Shown: positions 19,944-28,508, numbered from the stretch's first letter. The stretch: DNA of 55,032 bases from an uncultured Candidatus Saccharibacteria bacterium (GCA_964561085.1 CAZLNP010000002.1:1-55032); one strand, 5' to 3'. The notes: generated by a model not told the origin, from the letters alone. A program made the numbers and translations.

Positions 19944-19972
19944 TTTATATCAATGTTTAGAATTGATGTCAA
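19944..19972 (-). promoter_or_regulatory. Sigma70 promoter of clpC
   Basis: TTGACA-17 nt-TATAAA with extended TG, ending 4 nt before CIRCE. Confidence 0.75.
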
Positions 19973-20032
19973 CTTTATTATAGCGTGCTAAGATAAAATT
20001 AACTTAAAATAAAGTGCATAACTACCTAAAAA

Positions 20033-20524
20033 ATGCTGTTTAAAAAAAGTAAGCCATTAAAAAAACCTGACGACGAAAATCATGCTTATGATTATGCGCT
20101 TTTTTTGCTAAACATCAGTATGCGGACAGAAGCTGAATTGCGGGAGAAAATGGAAAAGCGTGGTTATTTTCCGGATATAATTACAAAAGTTGTTGAAAGA
20201 TTATTCAAAGACCGCTATTTAGATGATGCGCGTTACGCGGAAGTATATATAGAGAGCATGAAGAGATCAAAGTACTACGGCGCTTACATGATGAAGAAAA
20301 AGCTCTATGAGAAAAAAGTTCCTAAAGAAATCATGGAAGAGAAGTTGGTCGAATTATTGACCGAAGAGGATGAGCGCGAGATTGCCACTCGCTATGTGGA
20401 AAAGAATTTTGGCAAGCTAAAGGATGTAGCGAAGTTTGAGTACGATGAAAAGCAAAAAGTGATGCGTCGTCTCATGGCGCGAGGATTTGGATTAGACCTG
20501 GCAAAGAGTTTGGTAGGAATTTAA
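20033..20524 (+). CDS. recX: Regulatory protein RecX
   Basis: A...LL...RTEAELREK...YLDDARYA...RRLMARGF; TGcTAAGAT at 19986-19994. Confidence 0.85.
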   Translation: MLFKKSKPLKKPDDENHAYDYALFLLNISMRTEAELREKMEKRGYFPDIITKVVERLFKDRYLDDARYAEVYIESMKRSKYYGAYMMKKKLYEKKVPKEIMEEKLVELLTEEDEREIATRYVEKNFGKLKDVAKFEYDEKQKVMRRLMARGFGLDLAKSLVGI

Positions 20525-20549
20525 AAACACGGCGAGTGCCGTGTTTTTT
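20523..20549. terminator. Bidirectional intrinsic terminator
   Basis: AAAAACACGGC-gagt-GCCGTGTTTTTT. Confidence 0.85.
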
Positions 20550-20551
20550 GT

Positions 20552-20893
20552 TTAGTGAACCCCGTCTAGTTCTTGTGCGCTATCTTTTTCTACTGCGGGA
20601 GAACCATTAACACCTAAGATGCTTTCCAATTCGGTCTGCATTAATTCGTAGGTCGGTATTTCATTCTCTAATTCTACTATTTTACTAATCTCCGAATCTC
20701 CGTAATTGACTGAATCCCCAGCGCTTAAGTTTTTCTTTTCCTCACGCATTCGCTCAAGAGAAGCTTTAACATAACGAAGCTTTTCTTCATCGTCTGTTCC
20801 AAAATCACGATCGAGCAGAGTTCTTAATTCTGCACCTAAACTTTCCTTGGACTCATTTTCGTAGATAGAACCTATATTCCCATATTCTGACAT
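20552..20893 (-). CDS. Hypothetical acidic helical protein
   Basis: 113-aa ORF co-oriented downstream of htpX and ending at a terminator. Confidence 0.55.
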   Translation of the reverse strand: MSEYGNIGSIYENESKESLGAELRTLLDRDFGTDDEEKLRYVKASLERMREEKKNLSAGDSVNYGDSEISKIVELENEIPTYELMQTELESILGVNGSPAVEKDSAQELDGVH

Positions 20894-20917
20894 TTTTATA
20901 AAATTAATTGTTAAAAT

Positions 20918-21823
20918 TTATTTCCCCATCTCTCGAAGGCGTTTGATGCGTTCTTCGATTGGGGGATGAGTGTTAAATAAGTTTGCTAGCCATCCTGTTG
21001 AATTACCATCTTTATCTTTTAACGGATTTGCAATGTACAAATGGGCAGTAGCTTTGTTGGCAGCCTCTAGAGGTTCTTTGTCGCCAGCAATTTTTTCTAA
21101 AGCTGATGCTAAGCCTTCTGGGTATCGAGTAAGTAGAGCACCTGATGCATCTGCTAAAAACTCACGTTTACGCGATACAGCCAACTGAATTAAGGTGGCC
21201 ACAATAGGAGAAAGAATAGCTAGAACAATACCAACTACTAAGAAGATACCGTTGTTGCCACCGTTGTCGTTATCACGCTTGCCACCACCAAAAATAGAAG
21301 CGCGGAGCATCCAGTCTGCTAAGAGAGTTATGGTGCCAACAAGTACAACTACCAAAGTCATAAAGCGGATGTCGTAATTGCCGATGTGTGAAAGTTCGTG
21401 AGCAAGCACACCTTCTAATTCGGTTTGATCTAGTCTGGAAAGTAGTCCAGTTGTAACACACACTACTGCATTCTTAGGATTACGGCCAGTTGCGAATGCA
21501 TTCATGGCGGTGTCATCAATTACATACACACGAGGCATTGGTAAGCCGCCGGCGATAGTTAAGTTTTCTACTATACGGTAAAGCTGTGGTTGAGTTTTTA
21601 GATCTATCTCTTGTGCTTGAGAAAGCGCTAAAGTAATTTGGGCAGAAAAGAAATATGAGATGAGTGCTGAGACAGAACTAAACAGGACAGCAATGAACAG
21701 AAAAGCCGGGGAGCCGTAGTACTGAGACACTATGAAACCAACGCCAATAATGACTAGTAGGAATGCGAATATAAGTAAAACCGAATAGGTTTTATTTTTA
21801 CTAACTTCGGTGTAGGTGAGCAT
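20918..21823 (-). CDS. htpX: M48 zinc metalloprotease HtpX
   Basis: NAFATG, HELSH, SRKREFLAD, THPP..ERI. Confidence 0.93.
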   Translation of the reverse strand: MLTYTEVSKNKTYSVLLIFAFLLVIIGVGFIVSQYYGSPAFLFIAVLFSSVSALISYFFSAQITLALSQAQEIDLKTQPQLYRIVENLTIAGGLPMPRVYVIDDTAMNAFATGRNPKNAVVCVTTGLLSRLDQTELEGVLAHELSHIGNYDIRFMTLVVVLVGTITLLADWMLRASIFGGGKRDNDNGGNNGIFLVVGIVLAILSPIVATLIQLAVSRKREFLADASGALLTRYPEGLASALEKIAGDKEPLEAANKATAHLYIANPLKDKDGNSTGWLANLFNTHPPIEERIKRLREMGK

Positions 21824-21835
21824 AGTAGTGTGAAA

Positions 21836-21910
21836 GTTTTAAAGTATTTCTTTCTCGCTAGTCCTCGTCGCTTTGCTCCTCCGGAGACGCTCTAAAGAAA
21901 TCTTTAAAAC
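21836..21910 (-). repeat. Long intergenic hairpin with GAG...CGA core between lemA and htpX
   Basis: GTTTTAAAG-t-ATTTCTTT (21836-21853) is the inverted complement of AAAGAAAT-CTTTAAAAC (21894-21910); minus-strand core GAGCG...GAGCAAAGCGA...AGCGAG. Confidence 0.6.
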
Positions 21911-22452
21911 TTTACCTCAACAGGCTGTTGTTCTGGGCCGTTGTCATCAATGTCGAAGAATGCTTTCTTAGCAAAGCCAAGCATCGAAGCAAAAAGGTTT
22001 GTTGGGAATACTTCAATCTTTGTGTTGAAGTCACGAACATTACCGTTGTAGAAACGGCGAGCAGCTTGAATCTTGTTTTCTGTATCAGTAAGATCTGTTT
22101 GCAATTGCATGAAGTTAGTATTGCTCTTCAAGTCAGGGTAAGCTTCGGAAACAGCAAACAAACTTTTTAGAGTATCGCTTAGCATGTTTTCGTCTTTAGC
22201 TCTTTCCGATGTGCTAGTTGCACCCATAGCAGCAGCACGGGCTTGAGTAACACGTTCTAGTACACCTGATTCCTGAGTAGCAAAACCCTTTACGGTATTT
22301 ACCAGGTTTGGAATTAGGTCGTAGCGACGCTTAAGCTGTACTTCGATATCAGCCCAGCTTTCTTCTACTCGGTTCTTGGAACGAATCAGAGAGTTGTAGA
22401 TTAGAACCACTACTATAACAATAGCGACTATAATCAATGCAAAAATCCACAT
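21904..22452 (-). CDS. lemA: LemA family protein
   Basis: N-terminal TM, YNSL, QLKRRYDLIPNLV, EAYPDLKSN, RRFYN; TGaTATACT at 22488-22480. Confidence 0.95.
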   Translation of the reverse strand: MWIFALIIVAIVIVVVLIYNSLIRSKNRVEESWADIEVQLKRRYDLIPNLVNTVKGFATQESGVLERVTQARAAAMGATSTSERAKDENMLSDTLKSLFAVSEAYPDLKSNTNFMQLQTDLTDTENKIQAARRFYNGNVRDFNTKIEVFPTNLFASMLGFAKKAFFDIDDNGPEQQPVEVKF

Positions 22453-22527
22453 AGTTTTATATATTTAATGCTTTTCTTTAGTATATCACTTGATGAATTA
22501 AACATCTATATCTGTGGAAAAATAAGT

Positions 22528-22556
22528 TTGACACTCTATTTATAGAGGAATATAAT
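22528..22556 (+). promoter_or_regulatory. Perfect-consensus sigma70 promoter
   Basis: TTGACA-17 nt-TATAAT; the spacer contains the palindrome CTCTAT-tt-ATAGAG. Confidence 0.88.
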
Positions 22557-22565
22557 TAATCACAT

Positions 22566-22658
22566 ATGAAATCTATCTGGAACAACATTTCCTGCACAAT
22601 CACTAAGGCAATTCGCATTGCCTTTTTACTGTTGGAAAATTCCAGATTGAGAGCATAG
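22566..22658 (+). CDS. Putative 30-aa leader peptide MKSIWNNISCTITKAIRIAFLLLENSRLRA
   Basis: ATG 9 nt after the -10 box (near-leaderless), TAG at 22656-22658; overlaps alternative RNA pairings. Below the ORF-track size cutoff. Confidence 0.55.
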   Translation: MKSIWNNISCTITKAIRIAFLLLENSRLRA

Positions 22659-22678
22659 ATTTTTTCTTAGAAAATTTT

Positions 22679-22718
22679 ACTCGCTATCTGGAATTCACCA
22701 GGTAGCGAGTTTTGTTTT
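22679..22718 (+). terminator. Attenuator-type intrinsic terminator in the 5' leader
   Basis: ACTCGCTATCTGG-aattca-CCAGGTAGCGAGT (13 bp, one G.U) followed by TTTGTTTT. Confidence 0.8.
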
Positions 22719-22763
22719 GTAGGAATAGGTAGCTAGTCAACATTTTAGGAGGATGTGAATAGG

Positions 22764-22979
22764 ATGAGCAATTCGCTAAAGAGTGCTTCGAATTTGGGAC
22801 CTGACGGTCTCGTGTTACAACATAATTTTGTCCCTGATCCCATTAGGGATTTTAAGGGGAACAAACGGTTTCGTATTTCTTGCACTAATGAGGGCTGTAA
22901 AAAAAAGCATGTCCCTGTTGAAGTAAGAGGTTTGAGTAAGATATGCAAAGGCGGTGCCAAGATGGTGGCCGCTGCGTAA
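22764..22979 (+). CDS. Small basic Cys-containing hypothetical protein, 71 aa
   Basis: AGGAGG at 22747-22752, ATG at 22764 (the track's GTG 22755 is too close to the SD); own promoter and terminator. Confidence 0.65.
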   Translation: MSNSLKSASNLGPDGLVLQHNFVPDPIRDFKGNKRFRISCTNEGCKKKHVPVEVRGLSKICKGGAKMVAAA

Positions 22980-23005
22980 AAAATGTCTTATTCAAAAATA
23001 ATTTT

Positions 23006-23044
23006 AGGGTGCGTCATGAATTATCATGATCGCCCTTTCTTTTT
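23006..23044 (+). terminator. Terminator after the 71-aa gene
   Basis: AGGG-t-GCG-TCATGA-atta-TCATGA-t-CGC-CCT followed by a T-rich run. Confidence 0.6.
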
Positions 23045-23066
23045 CTCTATATATAAATATAATCAT

Positions 23067-23095
23067 TTGGCAGGAGGCCAAATTTTCTCTATAAT
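23067..23095 (+). promoter_or_regulatory. Sigma70 promoter for leaderless gatCAB
   Basis: TTGGCA-17-TATAAT, 6 nt before ATG 23102. Confidence 0.75.
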
Positions 23096-23101
23096 TAACC
23101 T

Positions 23102-23383
23102 ATGTTAAGCGAAGAAGAAGTCAGAAAAGTAGCCGAAATGGCTCGAATTGCATTGACCGATGAAGAAGTGGCGAAGTTCCAGAAGGATCTTTCGTCTGTT
23201 TTGGATTATGTTGATGTTTTAAAAGAAGTTGATACAGAAGGCTTGGAGATTGTTTCTTCGGTAACAGGCTTAGAAAATGTTGATCGTCCTGACGTTGCAA
23301 AGGTTATAGACTATCAGGAAGAGATTATGGCGAACGCTCCGGAACGTAAAGAAAGATATTACAAAGTTAAATCTATTTTATAA
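23102..23383 (+). CDS. gatC: Asp/Glu-tRNA amidotransferase subunit C
   Basis: EVRKVAEMARIAL...L..VDT; first gene of gatCAB. Confidence 0.93.
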   Translation: MLSEEEVRKVAEMARIALTDEEVAKFQKDLSSVLDYVDVLKEVDTEGLEIVSSVTGLENVDRPDVAKVIDYQEEIMANAPERKERYYKVKSIL

Positions 23384-23389
23384 ACCGTT

Positions 23390-24877
23390 ATGAGTGTTAA
23401 TTGGGAACAACTAGAATTACATGAACTTCGCGAGAAGTTAGATGCTAAAGAGATTTCGTCAGTAGAACTGACGAAGTATTTTTTGGCGCGCACAAAAGAA
23501 CAAAATCCTGAGTTGAATGCGTTCATTACCATTGCTGAAGAAGAAGCTTTGAAGCAGGCTGCTGAAGCTGATGAATACATGGCTGCTGGTGGTGGCGAGA
23601 ATCCTGCACTTTGTGGAATTCCATTTGCCGCAAAAGATTTGTTCATGACTCGCGGAATTCTAACAACAGCCGCATCAAAAATTTTAAGCAACTACATTCC
23701 TCCTTACGACGCAACTGTAATTGAAAAGTTGAAAGAACAAAAAGCAGTTTTGATTGGTAAAACTAACATGGATCAGTTCGCGCACGGTAGCAGTGGCGAA
23801 ACCAGCTTTTACGGTGCAACAAAAAACCCTTGGGATGTTTCCAGAATGCCTGGCGGTTCTTCTAGTGGAAGTGCAGCTGCGGTTGCAGCAGGCTTAGCGC
23901 CGTGGGCTTTAGCAACTGAAACTGGTGGTTCAATTCGTCAGCCTGCTTCTTTAACTGGTGTGTCTGGATGGAAACCAACTTATGGACGAGTTTCTAGGTA
24001 TGGTGCGGCTGCGATGTCATCCAGTTTAGATTCAATGGGTGCAATGGCACGCAGTGTGAAAGATTTGGCGATGATTGCGGAAGTGCTTTCCGGACAAGAT
24101 GAAAAGGATTCTACAACAGGGCCCGTGGAAGTGCCTGAATATTCAAAACAACTGAACTCAAGTTTAGTCGGTGTTAAGGTTGGCGTACCAAAAGAATATT
24201 TTGTCGATGGAATGGAAGAAGATGTTAAGGCCCGCATTCTAGAAGCGATTGAAGTTTTGCGTGCGCAAGGCGCAGAAATTATTGATGTTAGCTTGCCAAA
24301 CACAAAGTATGGTTCGATGGTTTACGCAATTGTTTGTCCAAGCGAAGTATCTTCTAACCTAGCTCGTTATGACGGCATCCGTTATGGCCACTCTACATCT
24401 GAAGGTAAAAGTTTGTTGGAAGTTTATGAAAAGTCTCGCGCAGAAGGTTTTGGTGATGAAGCAAAGCGCCGCATTATGACTGGTACGTATGTTTTATCTG
24501 CCGGTTACTACGATGCGTATTACAAAAAAGCGCAGCGAGTGCGTCGTGTAATTATGAATGAGTTCGAAGAAATTTTTAAACAAGTTGATGTACTAGTAGC
24601 GCCAAGTTCGCCGAACGTTGCTTTACCTCTAGGCAAAGCTGCTAATGATCCGTTATTCGGATACATCGCTGACCAATTAAACATTCCAGGCTCCTTGGCA
24701 GGGACGCCAGGACTTTCGATTCCTTGTGGTTTTGCAAAACCAAGTGACGGAGGAGCTATTGAAATGCCAGTAGGCCTGCAAATCATTGGTCCACAATGGG
24801 GCGAGCAAAAAGTCTTTAATGTTGGGTTTGCGTATCAGTCTGTGACTGATTGGCACACGAAATTAGCAAATGAATAA
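23390..24877 (+). CDS. gatA: Asp/Glu-tRNA amidotransferase subunit A
   Basis: Amidase signature GKTNMDQFA.GSS, PGGSSSGS, ETGGSIRQPA, RYDGIRYG. Confidence 0.96.
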   Translation: MSVNWEQLELHELREKLDAKEISSVELTKYFLARTKEQNPELNAFITIAEEEALKQAAEADEYMAAGGGENPALCGIPFAAKDLFMTRGILTTAASKILSNYIPPYDATVIEKLKEQKAVLIGKTNMDQFAHGSSGETSFYGATKNPWDVSRMPGGSSSGSAAAVAAGLAPWALATETGGSIRQPASLTGVSGWKPTYGRVSRYGAAAMSSSLDSMGAMARSVKDLAMIAEVLSGQDEKDSTTGPVEVPEYSKQLNSSLVGVKVGVPKEYFVDGMEEDVKARILEAIEVLRAQGAEIIDVSLPNTKYGSMVYAIVCPSEVSSNLARYDGIRYGHSTSEGKSLLEVYEKSRAEGFGDEAKRRIMTGTYVLSAGYYDAYYKKAQRVRRVIMNEFEEIFKQVDVLVAPSSPNVALPLGKAANDPLFGYIADQLNIPGSLAGTPGLSIPCGFAKPSDGGAIEMPVGLQIIGPQWGEQKVFNVGFAYQSVTDWHTKLANE

Positions 24878-25217
24878 ATTCATTAAAACAGTTAATTGGA
24901 TTAAAGTAGTAATCTATGGTTTCGGGTTTATTATTTTATGGTTTTTGTCTGATTCGTTAGGTAATTATATAGACGAAAAATATTTTCCAAACCATTCACT
25001 AATAATGGAAAACAAAATGAGTTTATTGACTTATCCGATTTGGTTAGTTCTTACTTCAATTTTGTATTTTTTATTTCCAATATCAACATTAGATGCGATT
25101 TCAAAGCTAAATGAATCAAGGCCATTGTACAGCCGATTGGCTTATTGCATACTAGCTTTAATTATTTTATCAATATTAACTTTCATTATCATTTCAGTAA
25201 TTTATTCATATCAATAA
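24870..25217 (+). CDS. AT-rich hypothetical membrane protein (about 3 TM) inserted between gatA and gatB
   Basis: 115-aa ORF overlapping the gatA stop by 8 nt and ending 1 nt before gatB; visibly more AT-rich than its flanks. Confidence 0.6.
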   Translation: MNKFIKTVNWIKVVIYGFGFIILWFLSDSLGNYIDEKYFPNHSLIMENKMSLLTYPIWLVLTSILYFLFPISTLDAISKLNESRPLYSRLAYCILALIILSILTFIIISVIYSYQ

Positions 25218-25218
25218 A

Positions 25219-26745
25219 ATGCAGATTAAGTCAGGATACAAACCAGTTATCGGATTAGAGATTCACGTACAACTTGCTACTAAGAGCAAGATGTTTTCGA
25301 GTGCGCCATGTAATCCTGATGAAAAAGAACCTAACACTAATTTAGACGAAGTCGTAACTGGCGAGCCTGGGACACTTCCAGTTATTAATAGAGAAGCTGT
25401 GCGCTTAGGCGTGATGGCTGGTTTAGCAATGAACTGTGAAATACCTGAATTTTCAAAATTCGATCGTAAGCACTATTTCTATCCTGATTTGCCGAAGGGA
25501 TATCAGATCTCACAGTTGGATCATCCTGTTGCAGGACCTGGCTATGTAGATATTTTTGTTCCTGCTGACGCTACACGCGAAGAAAAACCGGAAAGCTACA
25601 CAAAACGCATTCGCATTACTCGCGCGCACTTAGAAGAAGACGCTGGGAAGAATACTCATCCGGATGGTTTGCCATATTCATTAGTAGACTATAACCGTGC
25701 TGGTTGCCCGTTGTTAGAAATTGTAACTGAACCAGATGTTGAAACCGCTGAAGAAGCACGTATCTTTTTAACTGAACTTAGAAATATTGTTCGCTATGTT
25801 GGTGCAAGTTCTGCTGATATGGAAAAGGGAACAATGCGCTGTGAGCCAAACATTTCTGTACGTAAACCTGGTGAAGAATCTTTACCTAAATACAAAGTTG
25901 AAGTGAAGAACATCAACAGCTTCCGATTCGCTGAAGCTGCGATTAACTATGAAATTCCTCGTCACATTGCAATGCTAGAAGCCGGCGAAATGCCGAAGCA
26001 AGTAACAATGGGTTGGAATGAAAAAACTAACTCCACAGTGGAACAGCGCACTAAAGGCGAAGCGAATGACTATCGCTACATGCCTGAGCCAGATTTGCCT
26101 GAACTACATTTCACAAAAGAATATATAGATGAACTTCGTGGCGAACTTCCTGAAATGCCTGCTCAAAAGCGCGTGCGTTTTGCAGAAGAGTTTGGTTTGG
26201 ATGCTGCGACCATAGATAACTTAGTTTCTTGGAAAGAACTTAACTACTACTTTGAAAATGTTGTTAGCGAATTAGACGCTTGGTTAGAAGCAGATGGTAA
26301 GTTAGGCGACGCTACACTTCGAGCTAAACTAATTAAGCAAGCAGCGAATTGGTGTTTGCAAGATTTTTCTGCCCTGTTGAATACTATCTATGCGAATCCC
26401 TTAGAATCAAAAGTAACTGCAGAAAATTTTGCTGAGCTTATTAAGTTAATTGATTCGGGAAAAATTTCTAGTTCTGCTGCAAAACCCGTTTTCAAAACTA
26501 TGTTTGAAAAGGGCGGGGAACCAGATGCAATTGTAGAAGAGCTTGGTCTAGCTCAAGTTAGCGATGAAGGCGCTATCGACGCTATGGTAGATAAAGTGTT
26601 TGCTGAACAAGAAAAAGCTGTTGCAGATTACAAAGCAGGAAACCAAAAAGCGTTCGGCTCACTTGTTGGCGCAGTGATGAAAGAATCTGCTGGCAAAGCA
26701 AATCCTCAAGTTGTTAATGAGTTGTTAAAGAAAAAATTAAGCTAA
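25219..26745 (+). CDS. gatB: Asp/Glu-tRNA amidotransferase subunit B
   Basis: IGLEIHVQL, YFYPDLPKGYQISQ, HLEEDAGK, DYRYMPEPDL, YqeY-like tail. Confidence 0.97.
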   Translation: MQIKSGYKPVIGLEIHVQLATKSKMFSSAPCNPDEKEPNTNLDEVVTGEPGTLPVINREAVRLGVMAGLAMNCEIPEFSKFDRKHYFYPDLPKGYQISQLDHPVAGPGYVDIFVPADATREEKPESYTKRIRITRAHLEEDAGKNTHPDGLPYSLVDYNRAGCPLLEIVTEPDVETAEEARIFLTELRNIVRYVGASSADMEKGTMRCEPNISVRKPGEESLPKYKVEVKNINSFRFAEAAINYEIPRHIAMLEAGEMPKQVTMGWNEKTNSTVEQRTKGEANDYRYMPEPDLPELHFTKEYIDELRGELPEMPAQKRVRFAEEFGLDAATIDNLVSWKELNYYFENVVSELDAWLEADGKLGDATLRAKLIKQAANWCLQDFSALLNTIYANPLESKVTAENFAELIKLIDSGKISSSAAKPVFKTMFEKGGEPDAIVEELGLAQVSDEGAIDAMVDKVFAEQEKAVADYKAGNQKAFGSLVGAVMKESAGKANPQVVNELLKKKLS

Positions 26746-26750
26746 ATAAT

Positions 26751-27353
26751 ATGGATAAAGATCAGAATAAATCAATCGTCAACTTTTTTTACGAAGTTGG
26801 AACTATGCGCAAACTACCGCGCATGCACAGACAAGTTTTGCTGAATGATGATTTTTCTGACACTATTGCATCGCACAGCTACAGAGTTTCTGTAATTGCT
26901 TGGTTTTTAGCAAAGATTGAAGGTGCTGATTTATACAAAACTATGGCTATGGGAATTTTCCATGACATTGCTGAGGCTCGCACTGGCGACCATAACTGGC
27001 TTCACAAAAGATACGTGCAGACTAACGAAAATGAAGTCTTAGAAGAACAACTCGGCACTTTACCTTTTCCTGACTTGAAAGAATTGATGGATGAATATGA
27101 GAAGAGAGAAAGTAAGGAAGCTATAATCGCGAAGCAGGCAGATATTTTGGATCAGATTTTACTTTTGCGTGAATACGAATGGCAGGGGAATAAAGAAGCA
27201 GCGATTTGGTTGCATGGTAAAGAAGGTTCCGATAAAGGAAAGCAACAATTAGCAAAATTAACTTTACAAAGCGCCCTAGATTTAGGGAATATGATTTACG
27301 AAGTTCCTCCTTCTGAGTGGTGGGATTTTTTATGGACCAGCAATAACCGATAA
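26751..27353 (+). CDS. HD-domain hydrolase (YfbR/5'-deoxynucleotidase-like)
   Basis: IASHSYRV, FHDIAEARTGD, ADILD. Confidence 0.85.
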   Translation: MDKDQNKSIVNFFYEVGTMRKLPRMHRQVLLNDDFSDTIASHSYRVSVIAWFLAKIEGADLYKTMAMGIFHDIAEARTGDHNWLHKRYVQTNENEVLEEQLGTLPFPDLKELMDEYEKRESKEAIIAKQADILDQILLLREYEWQGNKEAAIWLHGKEGSDKGKQQLAKLTLQSALDLGNMIYEVPPSEWWDFLWTSNNR

Positions 27354-28508
27354 ATGAAATTTCCAGAAAATTTCTTATTGGGCGCGGCAACAGCCGGGCA
27401 TCAGGTTGAGGGGCAAAACATACATAGTAATTGGTGGGCTGCCGAGGCTCAAGGTAAAGTTACAGCTTCTGGTTTAGGGGCTGACCATTTCAATAAGTTT
27501 GATAGCGATTTTGCTTTGGCTAAAAGTTTGGGTTTAAACGCAATGCGTATTTCGATTGAGTGGAGTCGTATTGAACCACAAGAAGGCAAATTGAATGCAG
27601 AAGCAATAGCGCATTACCATGACGTGTTTAAAAGTTTGCGCGCGCATGGCTTAACTCCAATGGTAACCTTGTTTCACTGGACCATGCCTCAATGGCTAGC
27701 AGAAAAAGGTGGATTTGAAAGCAGTTTCGGCGTGCGTGCTTTTGAAAAATACGTAGAGCTCATCGCATGCGAATACGGTAGTGAATGTAACTTGTGGCTA
27801 ACAATCAACGAGCCAGAAGTTTTTGCATTTGAAGGGTATTGGACAGCTAAGCATGTCCCTTTCCGCAAAAACATTTACCTAACACTAAAAGTTTATTTGA
27901 ATTTGATCCGCGCACACAAAGCTGCGTATAAAGCTATTAAGAAAGTTCTGCCTGGAGCTAAAGTAGGTTTAGCAAAAAATGTTGCGTATCATGAACCTTT
28001 CAGGCCAGGGAATTGGGGAGATGAGCTTATAGTGAAAATTGGCAGATATTTTGGCAACGAGTTTTTTATGAACAGACTTAAGAGGCAACTAGACTTCATT
28101 GGCTTGAATTACTATTTTACTCACACATTAAAATTTAGTTGGCGAAAAGGTTTTGAAGAGATGAATAAGAAATTCCCAAAAAGTGACATGGGGTTAAAAA
28201 CATATCCAAAAGGCCTGTATCATCTTTTAAAAAGATTTGCGAAGTATAATAAACCTTTGTACGTTACCGAGAATGGAATTGCGAACGCAACTGATGAAAT
28301 GCGGGAAAGTTTTATTGCTGAACATCTCGAAGAAACAAAACGCGCCTTAAATGAAGGCGCGCAGGTAAAAGGTTATTTCTATTGGTCTTTGCTAGACACA
28401 TATGAATGGCACATGGGTTATGGGTTAAAGTTTGGTTTAGCAGAAGTAAACTATGAAACTCTTGAAAGAAAACCCCGAGTACAAGAAAACTTTTTTAAAA
28501 CTTTTTAA
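27354..28508 (+). CDS. Glycoside hydrolase family 1 (beta-glucosidase-like)
   Basis: FLLGAATAGHQVEG, catalytic TINEP and VTENG, WSLLDTYEW. Confidence 0.93.
   Translation: MKFPENFLLGAATAGHQVEGQNIHSNWWAAEAQGKVTASGLGADHFNKFDSDFALAKSLGLNAMRISIEWSRIEPQEGKLNAEAIAHYHDVFKSLRAHGLTPMVTLFHWTMPQWLAEKGGFESSFGVRAFEKYVELIACEYGSECNLWLTINEPEVFAFEGYWTAKHVPFRKNIYLTLKVYLNLIRAHKAAYKAIKKVLPGAKVGLAKNVAYHEPFRPGNWGDELIVKIGRYFGNEFFMNRLKRQLDFIGLNYYFTHTLKFSWRKGFEEMNKKFPKSDMGLKTYPKGLYHLLKRFAKYNKPLYVTENGIANATDEMRESFIAEHLEETKRALNEGAQVKGYFYWSLLDTYEWHMGYGLKFGLAEVNYETLERKPRVQENFFKTF

Noticed and set aside
22745-22960. 71-aa minus-strand ORF as an antisense toxin/antitoxin partner
   Set aside because: No promoter or RBS found; the plus strand has the SD, promoter and terminator.
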